Source: a virus
Taxonomy: Duplodnaviria > Heunggongvirae > Uroviricota > Caudoviricetes
Virus record (IMG/VR): IMGVR_UViG_2537562231_000028
Strand: one strand, 5' to 3'
DNA: 8,330 nt
This document shows, one piece after another, positions 1 to 6,628 of the stretch (position 1 is the stretch's first letter; each line of letters begins with the position of its first letter). Under the pieces are notes generated by a model. It had not been told where the DNA came from and searched no databases. It was given only the letters and a program-made list of their open reading frames with translations. A program made the position numbers and the translations under genes.

Positions 1-1242
1 ATGGCGAGAAAAACACACCCATTAACCACAGTGCAGATCAAAGCAGCCAGACCAGCGCAAAAGGAGTACACCCTGCAGGACGGCGGAGGGCTTTTTCTCC
101 TGGTCAAACCGTCTGGATCAAAACTCTGGAGATTTTCCTACTACCGACCATCGGACAAAAAAAGAATATTGCTGAGTTTTGGATCGCTTGAAGATGTTTC
201 CCTGGCTGATGTCAGAAAACGCCGTAGCGAGTACAGGACGTTAATCAGTGCCGGAACTGACCCGCAGGACCACGAGAGGCAAAAAAGAGAGACAGAGGCC
301 CGAAGACAAGGGAACACGTTCGAAAATGTGGCGGCGGCATGGTACCAGGTGAAAATCAGCCAGAATCTGGCCCCCAACACGATTAAAGACATCTGGCGTT
401 CGCTGGATAAATATGTATTCCCGTTCATCGGCAACACGCCAATAGATACCCTCACCGCCCGAAGGTTCGTTGAAGTGCTTACCCCCATCAAGGAGCGCGG
501 CAACCTGGAAACACTCAAGCGGGTTTTACAGCGCGTTAATGAGGTAATGGATTACGCCGCCAACAGTGGGCTGATTGATGCCAATCCGGCTATGAATGTG
601 CGTAAGGCGTTTCCCTCACCTGTAAAAAAACATATGCCAACAATCCGCCCCGAACAGCTGCCGGAGCTTATGCAGGCTTTATCAGTATCGGCAACAGAAC
701 GGCAGACCAGATTACTGATTGAATGGCAGTTACTGACCGTAACCCGTCCCGCCGAAGCGTCATCAACGCGGTGGGATGAAATCAACCTGGACGCGAAGCA
801 ATGGACGATACCTGCCGGACGTATGAAGATGCGCAGGGATCACGTTATCCCGCTTTCCGGTCAGGCTATGGCGGTGCTGGAGGCCATGAAACCAATCAGC
901 CACCACCGCAATTACGTTTTCCCAAGTCTGAAAGACCCACAGCAGCCGATGAACAGCCAGACAGCTAACGCAGCATTGCGGCGTATGGGATTCGCTGGCG
1001 TGCTGGTGTCTCATGGATTACGCGCCATATTCAGCACAGCAGCGAACGAGGAAGGATTCGAGCCGGACGTAATAGAGGCGGCACTTGCCCACGTCGACAC
1101 CAACGAAGTTAGACGGGCATACAACCGGAGCAACTACATAGAAAAACGCATCGTGCTGATGCGCTGGTGGGGCGAATTTGTCGAGGCTGCGGCGACGGGC
1201 GTAACCCTCGCCAGTGGTAAAAGGGGTATCCGAGCCGTGTAG
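1..1242 (+). CDS. int: Tyrosine site-specific integrase, P4-type (N-terminal arm-binding domain plus C-terminal catalytic domain)
   Basis: 413 aa ORF. N-terminus LTTVQIKAARPAQKEYTLQDGGGLFLLVKPSGSKLWRFSYY matches the arm-DNA-binding domain typical of P4-like integrases. C-terminus carries HGLRAIFST and RAYNRSNY, consistent with the His-x-x-Arg and Tyr nucleophile motifs. ATG at position 1, so the att site or tRNA target would lie upstream, outside the window. Confidence 0.93.
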   Translation: MARKTHPLTTVQIKAARPAQKEYTLQDGGGLFLLVKPSGSKLWRFSYYRPSDKKRILLSFGSLEDVSLADVRKRRSEYRTLISAGTDPQDHERQKRETEARRQGNTFENVAAAWYQVKISQNLAPNTIKDIWRSLDKYVFPFIGNTPIDTLTARRFVEVLTPIKERGNLETLKRVLQRVNEVMDYAANSGLIDANPAMNVRKAFPSPVKKHMPTIRPEQLPELMQALSVSATERQTRLLIEWQLLTVTRPAEASSTRWDEINLDAKQWTIPAGRMKMRRDHVIPLSGQAMAVLEAMKPISHHRNYVFPSLKDPQQPMNSQTANAALRRMGFAGVLVSHGLRAIFSTAANEEGFEPDVIEAALAHVDTNEVRRAYNRSNYIEKRIVLMRWWGEFVEAAATGVTLASGKRGIRAV

Positions 1243-1250
1243 CTGTACAG

Positions 1251-1295
1251 AAAACCAGTAAAAACTACGAAAACCATGTAAAACCGTCGTATAAT
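1251..1295 (+). promoter_or_regulatory. Four phased A-tracts at 10 bp period ending in a perfect TATAAT -10 hexamer (1290-1295)
   Basis: AAAACCAGTA / AAAACTACGA / AAACCATGTA / AAACCGTCGT at 1251-1290, then TATAAT at 1290-1295. Helically phased A-tracts predict intrinsic curvature. No good -35 hexamer seen. Confidence 0.35.
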
Positions 1296-1319
1296 TGCAT
1301 CAAATTTAACGACAAGGCT

Positions 1320-1571
1320 GTGAAACATGAAACCGTTAAGATGCAAAAAAATATCAGATGCAATTGCGACGGGCTGCAACTGGCCCTGATGGTTCAGCAT
1401 GAATTTTGGTCAACCTACGATCCAGAGGACAGAACGACGGCCCCATCAAAAAAACAGGTAGTAGACTTTCTGGTATCCCGTGGCGCTTCCAGAAATCTGG
1501 CGGTAAGTATTGATAAGGTCGTACGTCCGGCATCTATGAAGATCGGAGGCAGGCCCAAAAAATGGCGGTAA
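1320..1571 (+). CDS. Hypothetical small protein (76-83 aa); start uncertain (GTG 1320 or ATG 1341); could instead be a noncoding transcript
   Basis: ORF sits between a candidate promoter (TATAAT 1290-1295) and a strong intrinsic terminator (1582-1605). RBS is weak at both candidate starts and no family is recognised. Confidence 0.3.
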   Translation: MKHETVKMQKNIRCNCDGLQLALMVQHEFWSTYDPEDRTTAPSKKQVVDFLVSRGASRNLAVSIDKVVRPASMKIGGRPKKWR

Positions 1572-1581
1572 CAATCCTAGA

Positions 1582-1605
1582 AGCGGCAGAAATGCCGCTT
1601 TTTTT
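1582..1605 (+). terminator. Rho-independent terminator
   Basis: Perfect 7 bp stem AGCGGCA / TGCCGCT with GAAA loop (1582-1599), followed by a run of seven T (1599-1605). Confidence 0.7.
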
Positions 1606-1631
1606 ATAATTCCATTTCAAATCATCAATAT

Positions 1632-1722
1632 AAAAAACGGTGTATACCGTTTAAAAACGGTGGGAACTGTTTTTACCCATATCCGATGATTTACCGTATT
1701 TGTCACCGGAATACACCGGATT
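1632..1722 (+). promoter_or_regulatory. Operator-like repeat cluster upstream of alpA
   Basis: Direct repeat AAAAACGGTG at 1633-1642 and 1653-1662; palindrome AACGGT-GTAT-ACCGTT at 1636-1651; dyad AAAAAC-N10-GTTTTT at 1653-1674; tandem CACCGGAAT / CACCGGATT at 1704-1722. GGTGTAT (1640-1646) recurs inverted as ATACACC (1711-1717). Confidence 0.4.
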
Positions 1723-1738
1723 CACAAGGTAAATCACG

Positions 1739-1945
1739 ATGGAAGCAATCAGAAAAATTATCTTTCGCCAGGAAGTAAAAAAAATTATCCACATCAAGGC
1801 AGACAGCACGCTGCAAAGCATGATCAACGCCGGAGAATTTCCGCAAGGTTTTCGCGTTGGTTTACGCCGTCGCGGATGGTATGAGGATGATGTGTTGGCC
1901 TGGCAGAAAGAACGCGAACAGGAAGCACGCGGAACGGCTGCTTAA
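1739..1945 (+). CDS. alpA: AlpA/Vis-family DNA-binding protein (phage transcriptional regulator or excisionase-like, MerR-type HTH)
   Basis: 68 aa. FRQEVKKIIHIKADSTLQSMINAGEFPQGFRVGLRRRGWYEDDVLAWQ fits the AlpA family pattern (HTH, then G-FP, then a conserved Trp). AAGGT lies 9 nt upstream of the ATG. Position next to int is typical. Confidence 0.8.
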   Translation: MEAIRKIIFRQEVKKIIHIKADSTLQSMINAGEFPQGFRVGLRRRGWYEDDVLAWQKEREQEARGTAA

Positions 1946-2327
1946 CGGGTATCACAGATATGACAAACACGAAAAAAGCGGCCCCGATATGGAGCCGCCT
2001 TTCTGAACAATTAACCCGCTGCGCCTTATGTGTATGTGATCCCAAACATAAGCACGGGGATGATAGCCGCTATCAGGCTGGTGGGCAATGCAATCAGTCT
2101 GGTTCAGTTCGTTGCCATAACTGCGAAGCTCTCTCCTTTGATGAGTATTCTTTAAGGTACTTCTCAAGGGCAAAAGAACACGGCGCGAATCGTTCTGATT
2201 CATGCTCTTTCTTTCTGCGTCGTCTTTTTCGTGCAGGTGATGTTTTTTTGGTTGATTCTTCGTTGGTCATTGTGTGCGCCTGTAAAGCAATGCGCCGTAG
2301 TACCTCACACCACGGCGCTGGTGATGG

Positions 2328-2507
2328 TTACTCCTGCTCTTTGGCCTTGCGGCGCTGGCGGCGTTTGATTTCGCCTTTAACGGCAGTAACTATAAATTGC
2401 GCTTTGCTTTCACCTTCATCTAAATTTTTTTCTAAGTCTGCAACAACATCATGCGGGAATCTGGCATTTAACTGTTGCGACTTATTATTTGTTGAACCTG
2501 TTGCCAT
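2328..2507 (-). CDS. Small ribbon-helix-helix-like DNA-binding protein (59 aa), candidate satellite repressor or autoregulator
   Basis: Internal ATG at 2505-2507 (minus strand) preceded by GAGAGGA with about 7 nt spacing; stop TAA at 2328-2330. MATGSTNNKSQQLNARFPHDVVADLEKNLDEGESKAQFIVTAVKGEIKRRQRRKAKEQE reads as beta strand (QLNARFP), helix, loop, helix, then a basic tail. The N-terminal extension from the TTG at 2672 has no RBS and looks like non-protein sequence. RHH fold is inferred by eye. Confidence 0.55.
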   Translation of the reverse strand: MATGSTNNKSQQLNARFPHDVVADLEKNLDEGESKAQFIVTAVKGEIKRRQRRKAKEQE

Positions 2508-2690
2508 TACTGAATCCTCTCTAAGTTGGTGCGATTCAGTATACACAAAAAAATTCAGAGAAAAAGGCTTGAAGTGCGATTCACTTGCTGATAGGTTAAA
2601 AACAGATGGTGCGATGCACCAAATAACAACGCCCCGCAGTGCGGGAACACATACGGGGCGTCTAACCAACAACGTAAACTAGGAGCCGTT
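2508..2690. promoter_or_regulatory. Divergent control region between the RHH gene and the rightward operon
   Basis: GTGCGATTCA at 2529-2538 and 2574-2583, variant GTGCGATGCA at 2609-2618. On the minus strand a TATACT -10-like hexamer sits directly upstream of the first repeat copy. GC-rich dyad CGCCCCG ... CGGGGCG (2630-2660) with an inner CCCGCA-G-TGCGGG palindrome and no downstream T-run. Confidence 0.5.
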
Positions 2691-2888
2691 ATGGTTGCCG
2701 TAAATCATATACCACACCTTGTACACACACAAACGGCCTTTGTGTGGCGTTTTCTGGCCCTGAGTGCCGGAGAATCTCAAATCATCCACGTAACCGCCTG
2801 GACGGAACGCGAAGCGCGTAGCCGTTGCCCGTCCGGTTGTGTTGCTGTATTCGCCGCCCGTATTCGTCAGGGGGTGTGCCATGCTTAA
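2691..2888 (+). CDS. Small protein (65 aa), possibly Icd-like (host cell division inhibitor family seen in P4-like elements); tentative
   Basis: AGGAG at 2681-2685, 5 nt before the ATG. VWRFLALSAGESQIIHVTAWTEREARSRC...VAVFAARI resembles, from memory, the W-F-A ... TE-EAR ... FAAR pattern of Icd-like proteins. No alignment was possible. Confidence 0.5.
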   Translation: MVAVNHIPHLVHTQTAFVWRFLALSAGESQIIHVTAWTEREARSRCPSGCVAVFAARIRQGVCHA

Positions 2889-3066
2889 AACCTTCCGTGT
2901 ATTTGCCAGCGCTGTTAACCCACTAGGCCACACAATTGGTATCGCTCAGAATGTGAAGGCTGTTAATGTTCAGACGGCTATTGCTGCGGTGAGAAGCGAA
3001 TCATCAGAATATGGCTTATCACAAGTCATTATTTCAGCAGTGTATGAATTAAAAGAGGTGCATTAA
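2881..3066 (+). CDS. Hypothetical small protein (61 aa), possible distant paralog of the upstream gene
   Basis: ATG 2881 preceded by AGGGGG with about 8 nt spacing and overlapping the upstream stop (ATGCTTAA). MLKTFRVFASAVNPLGHTIGIAQNVKAVNVQTAIAAVRSE loosely echoes the upstream F-R/W-F-A ... A-x-TE/Q pattern. Confidence 0.45.
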   Translation: MLKTFRVFASAVNPLGHTIGIAQNVKAVNVQTAIAAVRSESSEYGLSQVIISAVYELKEVH

Positions 3067-3257
3067 TGAAGGAAATTACATTACACGAAGCCGCTGAACG
3101 TGCGCACCAGACAGAAATTATTTGCCGCCTTCTTGAGGTATACCCTGATAAATTAAATGATGGTGATATATCCGCATTAGCTGGCCTTCTGGCAAAACTG
3201 TCAGGAAGTGTTGCGCTGTGGTTAATTGATGAGAGAGCCGAACGCTATGAAAAATAA
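3066..3257 (+). CDS. Hypothetical small protein (63 aa) in an AT-rich cassette
   Basis: ATG overlaps the upstream stop (TAATG); AAAGAGGTG upstream. About 43% GC by hand count against about 56% for the gene upstream. No family recognised. Confidence 0.5.
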   Translation: MKEITLHEAAERAHQTEIICRLLEVYPDKLNDGDISALAGLLAKLSGSVALWLIDERAERYEK

Positions 3258-3489
3258 TAAACTGGCGACCAGTGAATTAAGAAGCCTTGCCAACAGCGCA
3301 ATATCTTTAAACAACGCAGCAAACGAAGTAATGAATATGTGGCTTCAGTCGCTGGTGAATAATGAACGCAATGAATCAACTGCAAGATTAATATTAGCCG
3401 TTTCTGAATTACTGGATAGTTCAACCAGCAAAATAGAGAGCATATCAGAGAAGATTAACGGCTTATCAGGTCACGCTATCGGGGAATAA
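3247..3489 (+). CDS. Hypothetical Asn/Ser-rich small protein (80 aa; alternative ATG at 3229) in an AT-rich cassette
   Basis: ATG 3247 lies just before the upstream stop (3255-3257). About 39% GC by hand count. Sequence rich in N, S, L, E and likely helical. No family recognised. Confidence 0.45.
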   Translation: MKNNKLATSELRSLANSAISLNNAANEVMNMWLQSLVNNERNESTARLILAVSELLDSSTSKIESISEKINGLSGHAIGE

Positions 3490-3494
3490 AAATA

Positions 3495-3794
3495 ATGAAA
3501 CTTAAATATCCTGGCTTAACTGACAGCGGCAAAACTCGCACTAAATTCATGCGCGGGGATATTTACCGCGACCAGTACGGCGGCACGGTAATGATTAAGG
3601 GCGTGGAGGAACGGCGCGTAACCTACCATCGTGAAGGCTACGAATATGATTGCGTGATGCCTGTTTATCAGTTCCGGCGTGATTTTTCTCTGGTACAGGC
3701 AGCGCCCCGCAGTAAACCAACCAGCAGGGAGAAAGCACGCGCCAATATTCAGGAAATAAAAAAGATGCTTAACGTATTCAGGGGTAAAAAATGA
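3495..3794 (+). CDS. Hypothetical protein (99 aa) translationally coupled to the primase gene
   Basis: ATG 3495 follows the upstream stop by 5 nt. Its stop overlaps the primase start (ATGA at 3791-3794). Basic C-terminal tail. No family recognised. Confidence 0.5.
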   Translation: MKLKYPGLTDSGKTRTKFMRGDIYRDQYGGTVMIKGVEERRVTYHREGYEYDCVMPVYQFRRDFSLVQAAPRSKPTSREKARANIQEIKKMLNVFRGKK

Positions 3795-5545
3795 AACTGG
3801 CACCGAACGTAAAAAAACAGCCACGCGGAATAAAACACAAAGACACAGAGGTGATTATTTTCGCGGGTAGTGATGCGTGGGCACATGCAAAACAGTGGCA
3901 GGAGCAGGACGGCCCCGCATCCGGCGATAATGTGCCTCCTGTGTGGCTTGGGGAGCAGCAGTTATCAGAACTGGATAAGCTGCAAATTGTGCCGGAAGGC
4001 AGAAAATCCGTGCGCATATTCAGGGCCGGACATCTTGCACCAGTAATGATCAAGGCGATTGGTCAAAAGCTGGCGGCGGCTGGTGTACAGGATGCAAATT
4101 TTTATCCTGAGGGTATGCACGGCAAGGAGGTGCAGAACTGGCGCGAATACCTGGCCCGTGAACGCCAGAATCTTTCTGATGGTCTGGTCATTGAGCTTCC
4201 GGTAAAGCAAAAGGCGCAACTTTCGCAGATGGCGGACAGTGAGCGCGCGCAGCTGCTTGCCGATCGCTTTGATGGCGTTTGCGTACATCCTGAAAGTGAA
4301 ATTGTTCACGTATGGCGCGGCGGGGTATGGTGTCCGGTCAGCACAATGGAACTTAGCCGCGAAATGGTGGCGATCTATTCAGAGCACAGGGCCACTTTCA
4401 GCAAGCGCGTAATCAATAACGCCGTGGAAGCGTTAAAAGTTATTGCCGAACCAATGGGCGAGCCGTCCGGCGATTTGCTGCCGTTCGCCAATGGTGCGCT
4501 TGACCTGAAAACGGGGGAATTTTCCCCGCACACGCCGGAGAACTGGATCACCACGCACAACGGCATTGAGTACACGCCACCAGCACCAGGGGAGAATATC
4601 CGCGACAACGCGCCAAACTTTCATAAATGGCTTGAGCACGCAGCCGGAAAAGACCCGCGCAAGATGATGCGTATATGTGCCGCGCTGTACATGATTATGG
4701 CGAACCGGTACGACTGGCAGATGTTTATTGAGGCCACCGGAGACGGCGGGAGCGGTAAAAGTACATTCACACACATAGCCAGCCTTCTGGCAGGGAAACA
4801 GAACACGGTAAGCGCTGAAATGACATCGCTTGATGATGCTGGTGGACGTGCGCAGGTTGTCGGGAGTCGTCTTATCGTCCTGGCTGACCAGCCGAAATAT
4901 ACAGGCGAAGGAACGGGCATCAAGAAAATCACGGGCGGCGACCCCGTGGAAATTAACCCGAAATATGAAAAGCGTTTCACGGCGGTAATCAGGGCGGTGG
5001 TGCTGGCGACCAACAACAACCCGATGATATTCACCGAACGGGCCGGAGGTGTGGCACGTCGTCGCGTGATTTTCCGTTTCGACAATATTGTTAGTGAGGC
5101 CGAAAAAGACAGGGAGCTACCGGAAAAAATTGCGGCTGAAATCCCCGTCATTATCCGCCGCTTGCTGGCGAACTTTACCGACCCTGAAAAGGCACGGGCT
5201 TTACTCATTGAGCAGCGTGACGGTGATGAAGCTCTGGCAATAAAGCAACAGACGGATCCGGTTATTGAGTTTTGCCAGTTCCTGAATTTTCTGGAGGAAG
5301 CGCGCGGCCTGATGATGGGGGGCGGTGGCGATTCAGTGAAGTACACGACCAGGAACAGCCTTTACCGCGTCTATCTGGCGTTTATGGCATACGCAGGCAG
5401 GAGCAAACCGCTAAACGTGGCTGAGTTCAGCAAGGCCATGAAGCCAGCGGCGAAAGTTTACGGGCATGAATATATTACGCGAAAAGTTAAGGGAGTAACG
5501 CAGACCAACGCAATTACAACAGACGATTGCGACGCGTTTTTATAA
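3791..5545 (+). CDS. Satellite replication protein: primase/helicase with a D5-like (SF3-type) P-loop NTPase domain
   Basis: 584 aa. Walker A GDGGSGKST; downstream hydrophobic strand plus acidic residue (RLIVLADQP) consistent with Walker B. GGGG 6 nt before the ATG. Position immediately upstream of an iteron cluster matches Pri-Rep of PICIs and alpha of P4. Confidence 0.88.
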   Translation: MKLAPNVKKQPRGIKHKDTEVIIFAGSDAWAHAKQWQEQDGPASGDNVPPVWLGEQQLSELDKLQIVPEGRKSVRIFRAGHLAPVMIKAIGQKLAAAGVQDANFYPEGMHGKEVQNWREYLARERQNLSDGLVIELPVKQKAQLSQMADSERAQLLADRFDGVCVHPESEIVHVWRGGVWCPVSTMELSREMVAIYSEHRATFSKRVINNAVEALKVIAEPMGEPSGDLLPFANGALDLKTGEFSPHTPENWITTHNGIEYTPPAPGENIRDNAPNFHKWLEHAAGKDPRKMMRICAALYMIMANRYDWQMFIEATGDGGSGKSTFTHIASLLAGKQNTVSAEMTSLDDAGGRAQVVGSRLIVLADQPKYTGEGTGIKKITGGDPVEINPKYEKRFTAVIRAVVLATNNNPMIFTERAGGVARRRVIFRFDNIVSEAEKDRELPEKIAAEIPVIIRRLLANFTDPEKARALLIEQRDGDEALAIKQQTDPVIEFCQFLNFLEEARGLMMGGGGDSVKYTTRNSLYRVYLAFMAYAGRSKPLNVAEFSKAMKPAAKVYGHEYITRKVKGVTQTNAITTDDCDAFL

Positions 5546-5553
5546 TTTTTTGT

Positions 5554-5790
5554 AAAAGCCCTCTACCCCATCTACCTGAATGAAATAAACGCATATTATT
5601 CAACATGATAAGTGGGTAGAGGGCCAGGTAGAAGGCTAATAAAAGCTCTCTACCTCTTCTACCTGATTTTATCAGTTTCAGGTAGCAGGGTAGACGGCAG
5701 GTAGAGGAGCCCAAAAAGCTATCTACCCGCTGAAAGCCGCGCCATTACTGACATGATGAGCATTCGGGTAGATGGGTAGAGGGGGGGAGG
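5554..5790. repeat. Iteron-type replication origin: three modules of forward TCTACC-type repeats paired with inverted GGTAGA-type repeats
   Basis: Forward blocks 5554-5578 (AAAAGCCCTCTACCCCATCTACCTG), 5641-5666, 5714-5728. Inverted blocks 5613-5635, 5679-5709, 5765-5787. AT-rich spacers between them (for example 5579-5612). Directly downstream of the primase/helicase stop. Confidence 0.7.
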
Positions 5791-5891
5791 CACAACTAAA
5801 AACTTTTTAAACGAGGGGGTGAAAATAAATGCGCATACATCAAAATCACTTAACAAACATGCCAGCCGAAAACATGAATCAGGGGCGACAA

Positions 5892-6137
5892 ATGACCAAA
5901 ATTCGCAGAGACAGAACAGAGCCAAAATATAAAGCGTTAGACATGACTGAGCATACCTTAAAGGTGGCAATCAGAACGATAGACCGCCACGCGGGGGAAG
6001 GATACGCGAAAGCACATCCCGACCTGATAAGCGCATTCATGACCACGACGGCGGCAAACTTTGCCACGCTGACAGAACGGGAGATTGCCGAAGCGGAACA
6101 GGTAACAACCATCAACGTTAAAAGCGCTGGAGAATAA
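5892..6137 (+). CDS. Hypothetical small protein (81 aa from ATG 5892; the track ORF begins at 5829)
   Basis: GGGG at 5882-5885, 6 nt before ATG 5892. Followed 19 nt later by a strong intrinsic terminator. No family recognised. Confidence 0.45.
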   Translation: MTKIRRDRTEPKYKALDMTEHTLKVAIRTIDRHAGEGYAKAHPDLISAFMTTTAANFATLTEREIAEAEQVTTINVKSAGE

Positions 6138-6155
6138 CCGAAGTAGTGAACACAT

Positions 6156-6179
6156 AGCCGGAGCAATCCGGCTTTTTTT
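6156..6179 (+). terminator. Rho-independent terminator
   Basis: Stem AGCCGGA / TCCGGCT with GCAA loop (6156-6173), then a run of seven T (6173-6179). Confidence 0.7.
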
Positions 6180-6189
6180 CGATCTCGCA

Positions 6190-6219
6190 TATCTTAAAAA
6201 ATGGTTGATTGATTATAAT
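6190..6219 (+). promoter_or_regulatory. Candidate sigma70-type promoter with a perfect -10
   Basis: TATAAT at 6214-6219; weak -35 candidates (CTTAAA 6193-6198, or TTGATT 6205-6210 which is too close). Sits between a terminator and an AGGAGG-led gene. Confidence 0.35.
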
Positions 6220-6267
6220 CTATCGAAAATACTGATTATTAGATGATAAGCATCAGGAGGAAACAAA

Positions 6268-6462
6268 GTGGAACAGATAAAGCAAAGCGCTACCGTGATG
6301 ATTGATCACGAGATCCTAAACGAGCTTAAAAAACTTCAATTCGATGTTATTCGCCGGATGAATGAAGCTGGTATATACGGCAGAGCCGCCACGCCAACAG
6401 TAGGCCATCTTGCTCGCGTGCTGTTACGCGAACGCCTGGGCATTGCAACAGGTGAGGAATAA
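6268..6462 (+). CDS. Hypothetical small protein (64 aa, GTG start), possibly a DNA-binding regulator
   Basis: AGGAGG at 6255-6260, 7 nt before GTG 6268. SATVMIDHEILNELKKL ... TPTVGHLARVLLRERLG could form a strand-helix-helix arrangement, but this is an uncertain reading by eye. Confidence 0.45.
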   Translation: MEQIKQSATVMIDHEILNELKKLQFDVIRRMNEAGIYGRAATPTVGHLARVLLRERLGIATGEE

Positions 6463-6464
6463 CA

Positions 6465-6626
6465 ATGGCTATCACAGAACGCGAGGCAAGCATCATTAAA
6501 GCCATTGGCGAGGAAACAAGAGACACGATAGCGCCATTAATGGAAAAGATCGCAGAGCTTGAGAGACGAATAAACAAGCTGAGTGATGAAGTTGAAGGCC
6601 TGATCTCGTTACTCGGTGAGCAATGA
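6465..6626 (+). CDS. Hypothetical small coiled-coil-like protein (53 aa); absent from the supplied ORF track
   Basis: ATG 6465 lies 2 nt after the upstream stop, with GGTGAGGAA just before it. Hand translation gives MAITEREASIIKAIGEETRDTIAPLMEKIAELERRINKLSDEVEGLISLLGEQ, with heptad-like spacing of hydrophobics; stop TGA 6624-6626. Confidence 0.4.
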   Translation: MAITEREASIIKAIGEETRDTIAPLMEKIAELERRINKLSDEVEGLISLLGEQ

Positions 6627-6628
6627 CA

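Noticed and set aside
141-1400. Several 77-125 aa minus-strand ORFs overlapping int
   Set aside because: All lie antisense within the integrase coding sequence, which has strong domain-level support. No start signals.
2508-2672. N-terminal extension of the minus-strand ORF (TTG start at 2672, 114 aa)
   Set aside because: The extension reads as non-protein-like and lacks an RBS, whereas the internal ATG at 2507 has GAGAGGA at proper spacing. The extension overlaps the operator repeats, which are better explained as regulatory DNA.
1960-2682. 240-aa Cys-rich + strand ORF
   Set aside because: No ribosome-binding site, implausible composition, and its 3' half is antisense to a well-supported RBS-led gene (2328-2507). 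Treated as a chance open frame.
3066-3489. Calling the AT-rich gene pair a toxin-antitoxin or a named defence system
   Set aside because: Size and coupling are compatible with this, but neither protein shows a motif I can tie to a known toxin, antitoxin or defence family. Reported as an unclassified candidate cassette only.
4621-5346. 241-aa minus-strand ORF inside the primase gene
   Set aside because: Entirely antisense to a gene with a clear Walker A motif. Arg/Ser/Pro-rich composition typical of antisense frames in GC-rich coding DNA.
5554-5790. Possible CRISPR array, given the many short repeats
   Set aside because: Repeat units are about 7-10 bp, occur in both orientations, and are irregularly spaced with no uniform spacers. 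This is iteron or origin architecture, not CRISPR.
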